Positions 13,466 through 25,720 of a stretch of 64,000 bases of DNA are shown here, piece after piece. Positions within the stretch are counted from its first letter, which is position 1; every line of letters starts with the position of its first letter. A model generated the notes under the pieces. That model had not been told where the DNA came from and did not search any database. It was given only the letters and a program-made list of their open reading frames with translations. A program made the translations under genes and the position numbers. The DNA is from Lama glama (Eukaryota), in contig CM052832.1 of the NCBI GenBank assembly GCA_028534125.1, positions 22,384,001 through 22,448,000 on the forward strand. The letters run 5' to 3'.

Positions 13466-15251
13466 AAAGAAATAGCTGCAAAGAGTCAATGTATTCAACT
13501 GAAAATGTAAAGGATATGATCTAAGAGAATATGATCCAAGAGAAGATCTGGAACAAATTAGATAAGCCAAGTGGCTACATGTATTGATGTTCCTTGCTCA
13601 GAAAATCTGATAAAAAGACACATATCCTAAAGAAGAATTCCCCCTTCACTCTGTACATAAAAATACCAAACAAATTAACTCATGGCTTGGAAAAGCTCAT
13701 TACAGGCTAGTCACAAACACAGTCATAGCTTTATAATCCAGACTCACCCTAAAAAGAGAACAGAGAGGGAAATGAGGCCTTGAGCCTCTCTCTAGTTATG
13801 TTATCAGGGAAGAAAAAGGCTGAAATGACAGTAAATACAGAGTATCTGAGAAGAGTGGCCAGTAAGTGAAACAAAGAAACCAACTTCCATTCAGAACTTA
13901 CTGAGCAATGATTAGACAAATAATTGCAATGCTTACAGCTGTGTGAGGTGCCCAGGACCTGGTGCACTGTCAGTTTTTCTCCTTCCTCTTTCCAGATTCT
14001 ACGACTCACAACCGTGCTAGTTCCTGGAAAGGACAATACCTGTGAATGTGAGCTGACTCAAGTCCCTAGAGCCATGGAAGCTGCTGTGGTTCATTCACAT
14101 TGGCTCAGAAATAAAAGCTTAAGGGTGACTCCTCAGGTCCCAGGTGGGACCCTCTAGGACTAAAGGAAGACAAATGGTAGACCAGATGTTCGGACACTAG
14201 CACATGCAGGCTGAGTGTGGGATCGACTGAGCCTTCACGTGGACTCATATCAAAGGCAAATTCTGAAAGTAAGCTCAAAGCCGAGCAGATCCTAATTTGC
14301 CCGTATATCTTTGAGATGTGGCTCTTCTCCTCAGCTTTCTGGCAGGGTGCCCAGTTCTCTGAGGGAAACTCAGTTGGCCAGAGTTCACCTGGGTTTATCA
14401 GTCCCCCAGGGGAAATCTGTTTTCTCTGCCTGCTTCTTTTGTTATTCTGCGGGAACTGGGTCAGCTTTTCAAGAGTGGAAATGTCAGAGGAATAAAGAGG
14501 CTCCCTTGAAAAGATCTTTTCCACCGCAGAAAGGAAACATCTCAGCATATCCCTTAAATAACAACATACAGCGTGACAGCCTTGCTTCCGACCCAGAGAA
14601 AGAAAAGAGGCCGAGAACACTGGGTAACATTTACCCACAGCCCTTTGCTTGGGAGACAGCTGGGCTGGAGCTGTGTCATCCCAAACACTGAATTAAAGGA
14701 ACGGAAACATCAACTCTGTGGAATCTTTTGGATGGCAAACTAGGCTAGGATGCAGACAAAGGAAGGCTTTCAGCAGAAGCCCGACTTTTTATATGGTAGC
14801 ACACTTGGAACGTAAGGCTGCTGCTCTGAGAAGCAGGACTGTGTGACTCCTGGGGAGAAGCCCCATCCAGGCTGCTGTCTCCCGCAGACCTCGGCACAAA
14901 CAGAAGGTCGCCGTGGAGGGCAGCAGGCTGTGGCACTAGTTGTTCCAGAAAGATGCCACCATTGGTAAAAATAGATTTCTCCATATTTTATTGGGCTGCT
15001 AAGGAGGTAAATCTTGCAATAGTCTGGCTGGAAGAATCCTAGGAAATCTTGACCTTGAGTCCACCCTCGTTGTGGGAATGGGCATTCAAAAGACCTGAGC
15101 CCAATTTACAAACTTACATATGCCCGACTCCTCCCAAATGACAAAGTCCTTCCCAGTGCCCCCCCATACTCAGCCGAATATACCATCATCCAAAAATTGA
15201 CACTCCCATAACAAGCAGAATTGATTATTATTAAGAAATAAGGGGAGCTCT

Positions 15252-15345
15252 GGGGAGGGTAATAGCTCACTGGTAGAGCACATGCTTAGCAAATGGGTTC
15301 AATCCTCAGTACCTCCACTGAAAAAAAAGACAGAGAAGAAAGAAA
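15252..15345 (+). mobile_element. Camelid Vic-1-like tRNA-derived SINE
   Basis: GGGGAGGGTAATAGCTCACTGGTAGAGCACATGCTTAGC...GGGTTCAATCCTCAGTACCTCC followed by an A-rich tail. Imperfect TSD AAGAAATAAGGGGAG / AAGAAACAAAGGGAG. Confidence 0.85.
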
Positions 15346-16884
15346 GAAACAAAGGGAGGGCATGCTGGTGACCTTGCCTTGCAGGGTCTCAGCCAGTGCG
15401 TGCTTTTCCTCTTATGAACCCTGATGTGCTATGAAACGCAGTATCAGCCCGTTCGTGAAAAGCTTGTGTGTCCGGATTCTTCCAAAGCTTTGGCAGCAGG
15501 GGCTTACTCAATAATACCCATGTCTACCCTCCACGTCCAGTGTTAATATGTTGAAAATAAAACAAACACCAAGATTCACAGACAGAGCAAATAAGGGAAA
15601 CTTAACTCCAACCAAGTTCTCTGGGATAGAAGAGAATTATACAGGAGGTCATACAAACCCTGGCCAGGCCTGGGAGGCAGATCTGGGGTGACTGTTACAG
15701 ACCCTTCCCCTCTGGCTCTTGTCAGTACCTCCTTTCAAGACACCTTCATCATTGCCTAACCTTAACTCAAGTCTTATTAATCATGCACGACGTGCTAACG
15801 CTTCAAGAGCTGATCATCTGAGCATCTAAGGAGTATTTCTCGAACCTAGATCATATAAGAATTAGGTGAGGAGCTTGGTAAAAGGAAAGATTCTGGGCGA
15901 CAGCTTCACAGTGGGGCAGGATCTGCCCCATATCAGAAGGTCTGGGTGTTGGGGACTTTTGCTGAGCAGCAGGGACAAGTTAGAATCATACCAGCTCCCT
16001 GGACGACATGAGGGGTGGGACATGGAAGAGAGGTGGTGGTGCTGGTGATGGTGACGTGGTTCTTCAAAAGGACTCCCATGTGATTCTGATATACCCTCTT
16101 CTCCTGCAACCCCCTCTCCATTTGAGAACCACTGGCATTTTGTTTGGATTAAAAATGCCTTGGACTAATCCTGGCTCTGCCACGCATGAGCCCGTGGCCT
16201 TGAGCACATCGCTTTACTGGCCTGGATGTCCCTGTTTGTGAAATAAAGGCATTTGTCAGTTTAGTCACTGTGCCTCAGACTCACCTGGGGAGTCTTCATG
16301 ACACACCGGTGCCTGGCCCCACCCACACAGGCCGACCAGCCCCTTGCGTGCATGCGGCCCCGGCTTTGTGATGCTGCTGTGGGCACAGCTCTGAAGTTGC
16401 GTGGCTAGGGCCCGCAGCTCATCTGGAGCCCTCCACCAACGACTTGCAGCCCTCCATGGGACGTGTCTGGAAGGCTGTTTTAAAGGCCACATGAAGAAGG
16501 AGTTAAGCAGCTGGTGCTTGAGTTGCCACTTAAGAAGCTAACGTCAACAGGGAACAGGGGAGCTGCCTTACTTACGGGATGAAGGATGAAGCAACAAGGT
16601 GGTGCGTGGGGTTTTCTGATCCACTTTAATAGATTAAGATTCGCGAGCAGGGTGGCTTTTCCCAAGGCATTTCTCAAAGGATAACTAAGTCATATTCTGA
16701 TTCCAAATCCATTTCTTCTCAGACAGCGGGTATCACCACTAAGGTTGATCATTATCACACATGCGTGTGTGTACATGTGCGTGCGTGTGCTCTTCTTGCT
16801 GTAGGATAAACCAGCTCACAGGAGCTAGAGTTCCATTAGGGGCTTAGTGTTCTATGCGGCATGGTTTCCTTTAGAATACTAGTG

Positions 16885-17115
16885 AAGAGTTACTGAGTCC
16901 TTAGTATGAGCTGGGCATGGCTCTAAGCACTTTTGCTAATCACCTCACAATATCCTCACATATATATGACATATACCACTGATATTTCCATTTTACAGAT
17001 GAGGAAACTGAGAAGCAGCACATTTGAAATAACTTCACCGAAGTTACTTTGTAAATGCTAGAGGCAGGATTTGCCCTTGGGTGTTTTGGCTCCCCAAGCT
17101 GTATTCTTTATTACT
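16885..17115 (-). mobile_element. MIR SINE
   Basis: CCATTTTACAGATGAGGAAACTGAGA core. Confidence 0.75.
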
Positions 17116-18469
17116 AAAATTATTGCCTCCTGTGTAATCAGTAGTTCAGTGTTTGTAATAAAAAAACTGGTAACAAATCCACAATCTGTCATCACTTTCT
17201 GATATCTTCCTTACTCTTAGCTGTTCTCAGTAGATGAAAATCACAAGGCTTTTTAACAACCAACATCACCCTTGACTTTGTGAAGAGTGGAACGAGACAT
17301 GCCAGCTGCGGTGGAGAACCTTTTGTGCCTGCGTACTTGCAAATTCATCATCACTTTCCTCTTTCTGTGTGAAACCTGAACCAAACTGTGGAACAGCTGA
17401 TCCGCTCTCTGCAGCCTACTTCACAATTCACACCTGTTCGGGAGGCTGCTGGCTCCCACCGAGGGCTCCATCCACCCATTCCAACGTGGCTGCTGTAGTG
17501 ACAGCCTGACTGAAATCAGGGTCTTCTGGTTGCATTTCTCTGTGCTTCCACTGCTGGAAAACCAAGACAAGCAGGTTCATACACCTCTGTTCACTGATGG
17601 AAGCTGTGCTGTTGCAGTATTTTTCAATTCAGATTTAGAGTTCTAAGGAACAAAGTGACGATCCACGCACACTCCTTGCTTTATGAGGCTTTTGCTACGT
17701 TCTTTGCACTGTGGACCCAGGCACAGCCAGCAGCAGCAGCACTAAGTGCACAATAATGTATTTCCTTCTTCTTCTTCTTCTTCTTTTTTTAAATTAATGA
17801 CACCATTCCCTGCATGTCCCATTAACTTAAAAGCTCCATATTACTGCATGTTATAATTTTATAAATTGCATATTTTTCTTGCCTCTTTATTGTACAAGTC
17901 ATAAAATGTAAAGGTGGGTTCTCACTCATACTGAGAATAGTTTTACGAGGTGTTCAGTTGAGCCAGGATAAGATGGTTAATGGATGATGTGGAGCAAGGG
18001 TCATTCTGTGAAAGGGGGCAGCGAAAGGAACTTTGCACCATAAAAGTTAATGAGAAAAAGTCAAGAGTTAGGCGTGTGCTTAAGTGTAAATCTTGATGAA
18101 CTGTGTATTAATTTCTCTCTTGGGTTTAAGCATCATTCAGTCTAGAGAGCAGCTGTAGCATAAGTTCCCTTACTATCACCCCTAAATTTGCCACTTTTCC
18201 TCCCAAATATGGGAGGTTTAGACCTGCTTCTTAGACAATATCCTCAAATGTAGATTGAGAGTTTACTAGGTGGGGTAAGTTTATTAGATGCCCTGGGAAG
18301 AATCCACTTGGGAAGAAAAAGAATTTTATAAACATGAGATCAAGGCAGATATTCCTCATAGGATTATATAAAGTTCACTGTATATCCTTTATATGTTACA
18401 TTACGTATAACACGTTTAGCATGGCATAGAAGCAAGGGACGAAAGGATTACACTTTCCCAACTTGTGTT

Positions 18470-18890
18470 TATCTTAGGGCCTCTGCATTAGTAACTTCCC
18501 CTCATTGGAATGCTCTCTTCTCCAGGGGAGCTCAGAGCATGGATTCCTCCTTCCATCATTTAGATCCTACATGAAATGTTATCTCCTCAAACAGGCCTTC
18601 TCTACCACCCTTGTAAAGTGCCTATGAGCACTACTCTTCACATGCATTATCCACAATACACTATCACACATCTGAAAGTTCCCTTGTTTATTTAATAGTT
18701 TTTGTCTGTCTCCACCTTCTAGAATGTAAACTCCAAGAGAACCAAGACCTTCATTTCTTACTGACTCCTGTAACCCGGTTTCTTAAAGAATGAGTGCCCA
18801 GTGTACAGTGGAACTCATTCAAAATTTGCTGGAAGGAAGGGAGGGAGAGAGGAAGGGAGGGAGGGAGGAAGGGAAGGAGGAAGGAAGGTG
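18470..18890 (+). mobile_element. L2 3' end followed by (GGAA/GGGA)n simple repeat
   Basis: GTCTGTCTCCACCTTCTAGAATGTAAACTCCAAGAGAA...CTCATTCAAAATTTGCTGGAAGGAAGG. Confidence 0.7.
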
Positions 18891-20193
18891 CTGAGAGCTG
18901 AGTTAGGTATTGGATGCTGACTCACACAATCAGGGCAAACTAAGAGATGTGACTCGAGTTACTTCTTAAAAGCTGGCAAAGGTGTGGTTTCATGGCTGGT
19001 AGGAGAAGGAGAAGCATGTTTGCCAGTCAGAACCTCTGAAAAACCAGTTAGACTGGAGAGAGTATACTCACTGGGTGTTAACCCAAGTTCAGAAGAGATG
19101 TCACGAGCCGTGGATCTGGGGAAGTGGCAGGTCAGAGGTGCTCTGGGAAACGTAGGGCTTGTGGGAAACTGTAGGGACCAGCTTGAGATGAGGAAGGGGA
19201 TCATGTGACGAAAACTGTAAGAAGGGACACAGTGGGTGACTGCTGAATCCCAAGAAGGTTAAATGTGTTTCTCAACTATTTGTCTAACACCATATTGCAA
19301 AGCTTGATTGACAGACGGACAGAAACTTCCTTAGAGTCATCTATTTCAGATTTGGTGGAAAATGGGCTCTCACCTCCCAGGCTGAGAAGAGACTGCTTTC
19401 TTGTTGTTCAAATGCTGGGATAGTCATTTCTACCCTTGCTCTGCAGAGGGTAGCAAGTGCTAGCGAAGTTGTGGCATGAATGGGGCTGAAAGGTAAAAGG
19501 TGGTGGGAAGTTTGAGAACTGGAAGTTGGAACTATGTTTTGCTGAAAGGATATTCAAAGGAAAATAAAATCTCTATGATATAATTATTCACCTCCCTTTA
19601 GCACCCTGGCATTTACTGTATGTTTCTAGAGAAAGGAAGACAGTAGCTCCTGATCATTTGAAAACTGAGGAAGAGAAGGGGAAAAGCCTTGAAAGTTTAG
19701 AAGGACAGCTCTTGTTTCAAACTGTTCAAAAGTACTTATCTACCGCATACACAGAACTTGAGGTTGCTTTCAAAATCTCGTCAGCTCCCTTAGGAACCAG
19801 GGGTGATGGTAGGGACATGCCGTTGCAGTTAAAAGATGCATGCTCACAGTGGAGGTGGGTTTTTAAGAAGAGGTCCTCCACCTCCAATATCCCATGGATG
19901 CATCCAGCTGGTTCTCATCTCCAAATCCAGACTTAGCTATTGGCCTCTTACCCAAGAAATAGGCCTCCACCTGAGAAGCTCTGTGGTTCTCAGTGCCCTC
20001 CTGGCAGCTGGTCTTCTCCACTGGATTCTGAGTTGCCCTCTATATTGAGTCCTCTGTCCCAGTCATTTGCTAAATTATCTCAAACCTGACTCTACCCTGG
20101 CCCATCATTTAGCTGCCAGCAGTTCAGGGATCTCCCTTAGAATCTCCCCCATGTGTACTCTGACTTGGCTCTTCATCTAAACTTAGAGATAGT

Positions 20194-20284
20194 TACTAAT
20201 AACGCCAAGGTTGCGGGTTCGATCCCCGTATGGGCCACTCCTGCGGGCCGGTTAGCTCAGTTGGTTGGAACGTGATGCTAATAA
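20194..20284 (+). pseudogene. Circularly permuted tRNA-Ile(AAT) retrocopy with target-site duplication
   Basis: 20194-20237 is the 3' half (anticodon loop, T arm GGTTCGATCC, GGGCCA). 20246-20284 is the 5' half (GGCCGGTTAGCTCAGTTGG...TGCTAATAA). TAAACTTAGAGATAGT is repeated at 20178-20193 and 20282-20297. Confidence 0.9.
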
Positions 20285-21534
20285 ACTTAGAGATAGTCAT
20301 TTCAGGCCACATAGTCAACTGATGGTCAATTCCTTCACACGTTTCTTTTCCAGCCCAGTTTATTCAGGCTGCCACCACTCATAGAGTCTCGTTTCCTTGG
20401 TCGCACTCCCCTAGACACACAGAAGCCTCTTCTGTCAACAATAGCAAATATAAGCATTGTATCCTGAACCAGTATGGTCCTCTCTTTATCGCTGCTGTGC
20501 AAACCCAAGAAGAGAAAGAGTAAAAAACCTTTCCAAAAAATGCATTAATGTACTAGCAGTTTCTTTCCCTTTTTGCTCTGAGTTTGAAGGTTGCTGCTAT
20601 CTCACTTGGATTAGAATAAAAGCATTTACATTAGCTATATTACATCCTCCAAATCAGGCAGTGGTATATGTCATTTGTGACACACACAAATTAATTTTGT
20701 GTTCTTCTGAAGCTATCTGGCCTGCTAACCATTGTGTAGGGTGCCACCGGCACCGGTTGGGTAGGGGGAGGGGAAGCCCTGCTGCATCCCACATTTGGAC
20801 CTTGGCAGGTTGCACGGTGGTGTGCACAAGGAAACTAAACCGCATCTGCATGGCTCACTGCTTATCAGGAGCTCACACTGGTTGCCATGCTGTAGGGCAG
20901 CAAAGGAAAACAAAACAACAATAAAGGGAGGCCTTTGTCATGGATTAAAAGGGTTTAGAAACATCTGAGCCATGCAGTTTTTGAACACCGACACTGCCAA
21001 TGACTTCACGGCAGAATGTTAGAAAATGTGCTAACTGGGTTAGATAGAGTTGGTGGGGCCGCCAACACTTGTGCTTTGTTAATGGTTTCTTATCTGCGTG
21101 AGTGTGTGGATGCACAATTCAAGAATAAAATGACCTTTTGCAGAGTGAGAGGAATAAGGTTAATGACACTGCAGTATTGCTGCTTGGGACTGCAGCTAAG
21201 CGTGTCCCTCAAGACTGTCAGTACTGGATGAATTCTTCTTTTTTCAAGTTGGTTAGTATATTCTCAGTTTGTTTCATTAGAAAATTCATCACTAGCACTA
21301 TAAGAAGAGTCCAATCTTTATGCAGAAGTAGAGAAGTTGGTAACCTCACAGAGTGTGCTTCAGGCTCAGCTGTGATCTCCTCCCATGCCTTCAATTCTAT
21401 ACCTAGCGATTAATTCTTTTGTGTTAACTGATGTCCCACCCCCAAAATTCTTTCTTTAAAATTTTAATTATGTGGTCCTCTTCTCTAATTTTGTTGCTCA
21501 ATTTGCCTCTAAATGTCTTTGGATGGATTTATTT

Positions 21535-23505
21535 CAAAATAGTCTCTCAATAACTGACAAAATAATCATACTGAAAATCAATAAAGATATTAAAGATTTG
21601 AACAACACTATCAACCATCTTGATCTAATTGACATTTATAGAGAATTCTTCTCAACAAGAGCAGAATAAACATTCCTTTCAAGCACACATGGAACACTGA
21701 CCATAATGGATTATATTCTGGGCTGTAAGTCAAATCTCAATAAATGTAAAAGAATTCAAGTCATACTATGTGTATTTTCTAATTGCAATGGAATTAAGTC
21801 AGAAATCATTAACAGAAAGAGTTCTAGGAAGTTCCCCAAATATTTGGGAATTAAGTAACATATCTCTAAATAATCTAATGGCTAACAGGAGAAATCAAAA
21901 GGAAAAGAAGAAAGCATTTTGAACTGAATAAAGCAAATATACAACATACCAAATTTTGTGAGATGCCACTAAAGCCACATTTAAGTGGAAATTTATAGCA
22001 CTAAATGCCTGTGTTAGAAAATGAAGAAAGATCTCAAATGAATGACCTCAGCTTCTATCTTTAAAAAGTAGAAAGAGAAGAGCACATGAAACTCAAGGTA
22101 GAAGAAAGGAAGTAACAAAGATCAAAGCAGAAATAAAGTAATGGAAAACAGAGAAATATAGGAAAAATTAACTAACCCCCAAACTAGATCTTTAAATCAA
22201 TTTTAAAAATTGAGAAAGCTCTATCCAGATTTATTGGGGGGAAAAAGAGTAATGACACAAATTGTCAGTAACAGCAATGAGACAGTTGTCATCCATACAG
22301 AATCTACAAATATTAAAAGTATAATAAAGAAATATTATGAACTTATGCCAATAAATTCAACAATTTAGGTAAAACAAATAGATTTTGAATGATACGAACT
22401 ACCAAAGTTCATTCAAGGAAAAAAATAGATAACTTGACTAGCACTTTATCTATTAAATAAATAGAAATTGTAGTTAAAAACCAACTTTCAATGAAATTCA
22501 AGTCCCTATGACTTCACTGGTGAATGTACCAAATATTTAAGGAAGAACTACCACCAATTCCACAAAAGTATTACAGACAGTTGAGAAGCGACTACTTTTC
22601 AACTCACTCTACAAGGCCATTACTACCTGGTATCAAAATCAGACAGACATACAAGGGGAAAAACAAAACAGGTCAATATCATTCATAAATATAGATGCAA
22701 AAAATTCTAGACAATATTTTTGAAAACTGAGTCCAACAATATATAAGAAGCTCCATGATAAAACAGGGTTTATCCCACGAATGCAGGGGCAGACTGACAT
22801 TCAAAACTCAATGTAGTTCACGGTATCAACACACAGAAAAAGACAAACCATAGTGTCTCCTCAATAGACATAGAAAAAGCAATTTACCAAATCCAATCGT
22901 CATTCCCAATAGACCAGAAATAGAAGTTAACTTTCTCAACCTGATAAAGGACATCTACAAAAATCTTATGGCTAGTATACTTGATGGTGAAAGATGAATG
23001 CTTTTCCTCTAACGTTAGGACCAGGACAAAGGATGCCTGCTTTAGCACCTACATTCAACACTGCAGAATAGAATGCTTTCTAATTTTATCTAAGGAAATA
23101 GGCAAGAAGAGAAATGAAATCATCTACATTGGTAAGGAAGAAGTAAAACTGTCTTATTCAAGCTGATGTGATTGTCCAAACAGGAAATATGATAGGACCC
23201 AAGAAAATGTTACTAAGAATTGACAAGGAAATTTAACAAGGTTGTAGGAAATAAGATCAATGTACAAAAATCAACCATGATAAACAAGCTCCTTCTGTAT
23301 AACACACGGAACTATGTTCACTATCTTGCAGTAACCCATAATGAAAAGGAATATGAAAATAAATATATGTATGTATATATATGATTGAAACACTATGTTG
23401 TACACCAGAAATTGACACATTGTAAACTGACTACACTTCAATTTAAAAAAATCAATCATATATCTATACTAGCAATGAAAAATATGAAATTGAAATTAAA
23501 AACAA
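21535..23505 (+). mobile_element. Old degraded L1 ORF2 (endonuclease to RT region)
   Basis: Residual translation KINKDIKDLNNTINHLDLIDIYR and typical A-rich L1 motifs (CTTCACTGGTGAAT, GGAAGAAGTAAAACTGTC), with many stops. Confidence 0.9.
23279..23446 (+). mobile_element. 5'-truncated artiodactyl-type L1 3' end nested in the older L1
   Basis: ATAAACAAG...CTGTATAACACACGGAACTAT...TACACCAGAAATTGACACATTGTAAACTGACTACACTTCAAT followed by an A tail. TSD AAAAATCAA(C/T)CAT at 23266-23278 and 23447-23459. Confidence 0.85.
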
Positions 23506-23509
23506 TTTG

Positions 23510-25720
23510 AAGGGATAGGTGGCCAAACTAGCTGCCCTGAGCTCACCTCCTACCGCGGGCACACCACAATGACAACGATTTCCAGAGCAACTGACAACGA
23601 GAACAACCAGAGGACTAGTAGAAACCATCTCCTACAACTAAAAGTATAAAGAAGGAACCACAACGAGACAGGTTGGAGGGGCTGGGATGAGGTATAGTCA
23701 AGACCCACATCCCCAGGTAGGCAACCCACAAACAGGAGGACAAATGTAACTACAGAATTCTCCCTAAGGAGCAAGGGGTCTGAGCCCCATATCAGGCTCC
23801 CCAGCCTGGGGGTCCTGTACTTGGAAAATGAGCCCCAGAATGTTTGGCTTTGAAGGACAGTGGGGCTTACTTCCAGGAGAGCCAGAGAGCTATAGGAAAT
23901 AGAGACTCCATTTTCAAAGGGCACATACAAAATCTCACATGCTCCTAGACCCAGGGCAGAAGCAGAAATCTGAAAGAAACCTGGATCAAACCCACTTGCT
24001 GTTATTGGAGAGCCTCCTGGAAGGGCAGGAGGAAACGGGGCCTCACCCTGAGGACACAGACGAGGGCAGCAGTCATTCTGGGGAGCTCATGCTGCCATGA
24101 GGACACTGGGGCTGGCAAGTGCCCTTTTGGGGCCCTCCCTCTAGCTTATTAGCTCAAGGACCTGGCCTTGCCCACCAACTGGTTGGCACCAGTCCTGGGA
24201 TACCTCGAGCCAAGCTGTTAGCTGAGTGAGGACATAGACCCGCCTACCATCAGGCAGGCTGGTAGAAACCCCTGAGCTGCTAGCCACACTGGGGTCCAAT
24301 TCTTTCCACCAGAGGTCCCAGGACCTTGCCCCACCAACCGGTAGGCTAACACCAGATCCAGTATCCTAGGTCCCCACAACCAGAGACTCAGGACCTGGCT
24401 CCACCCACCAGAGGGCTGGCACTAGCCTCAGGACCTCCTGGGCAACTGTGCCTGCCTATCAGCAGGCAGACACGAGCTCTGGGAACACCAAGACCCTCCA
24501 ACAAGAGACCCTGTGACCCAGCTTTGCCCAACAGTGGGTTGTCACTGGCCCCAGAAGCCTGTGGGCCCTGGGCCCTTATCCCAGTGACCAGTGGACTGAC
24601 ATCAGCTCTGGGACACCTAGCCCCGCAGCTAGCCACCCTGGGGCCTGACTCTGCTGGTCCTGACAAGTGGGCCATATTAGATCTGGATGCCCCAGGGCTC
24701 TGCAGCCAGCTGCCTCATGATCTGCACCCCCAGCCCCCAGTAGGCTGGCACCAGGACTGGGACTCCCCAGGTCATGCAACTAATTAAGACCTGGCCCAGC
24801 CCACCAACAGACAGCAACCTCTGCACAAGGAGGGGTCTGGTAGTCAACCAGACTAGGGACCAGCCGCACTTAGGAGCACATCCATAGTAGTCAGCCTGCC
24901 ACAGCAGAAGAACCCAGGCAGCCCACGTAGAGGGCACCCCTAAAGCACATAGCTCTGGTGACCAGAAAGGAGTGTGCTAGTGGGCGCCATAAGACATCTC
25001 CTAAATAAGGCCACTTCTCCAAGGTCAGCAAATGTGACAAACCTACCAAATACAGAGAAATAAAAACAGCAAGCTAGGCAAATGAGGTGACAGAGGAATA
25101 TGCTGCAAATAAAGAAACAAAATAAACCCTAAGAGAAGAACTAAGTGAAGAGGGGGTAAGCAATCTACCAGATAAACATTTCAAGGTAACAATAATAAAG
25201 ATGCTCAAAGAAATCGGGAGAAGAGTGGATGAGCACAGTGAGAAGATCAACAAAGGGTCAGGAAATATAAAGGAGGACTCAACAGAGCTGAAGTGTACAA
25301 TAACAAATTTAAAAGTATACTAGAATGCATCAACAGTACATTAGATGATACAGAAAAATGGGTCAGTGAACTGGAAGACAGTAGTGGAAATCACTCAAGC
25401 TGAAGAAAAAAAGGATAAGAAATTTTAAATGAAGACAGATTAAGAAACATCAAGTGTACTAACACTTGCTTTAGAGGGGTCACAGATTGAGAAGAGAGAG
25501 AGAAAGGGGCAGAGAACATGTTTGAAGACATAATAGCTGAAAACTTCCCTAACCTAGGGAAAAAACAGACATCCAAGACTGGGAGCCACAGAGAATTCCA
25601 AATAGGATAAACCCAAAGAGCACCACGCCAAAATACTCTGTAATTAAAATGGCAAAAATCAAAAAGAAAGAGAAAATATTAAAAGCAGCAAGGGAAAAGC
25701 AACAAGTTACAAGGGAAGTG
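23510..25720 (+). mobile_element. L1 5' UTR (with GC-rich degenerate tandem array) plus decayed, 3'-truncated ORF1
   Basis: CCCTGAGCTCACCTCC-type 5' end. Repeated GGACCTGGC.CCACCCACCA units at ~24150-24900. ORF1-like sequence from ~25080 (TTTGAAGACATAATAGCTGAAAACTTCCCTAACCT, AAAATATTAAAAGCAGCAAGGGAAAAG). Confidence 0.85.

Noticed and set aside
14105..14691. Overlapping 177-aa and 126-aa ORFs
   Set aside because: No recognisable homology or exon structure; consistent with chance ORFs.
4774..15345. tRNA-like A boxes at ~4865 and ~15265 as tRNA genes
   Set aside because: They have SINE bodies, A-rich tails and TSDs, and no complete cloverleaf.
20194..20284. Functional tRNA-Ile gene
   Set aside because: The halves are in swapped order, the promoter boxes are reversed, there is no T-run terminator directly after it, and it is flanked by a TSD.
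24150..24900. Repeated units resembling a CRISPR-like or novel array
   Set aside because: Degenerate tandem repeats inside an L1 5' UTR in eukaryotic DNA, with no constant repeat-spacer pattern.
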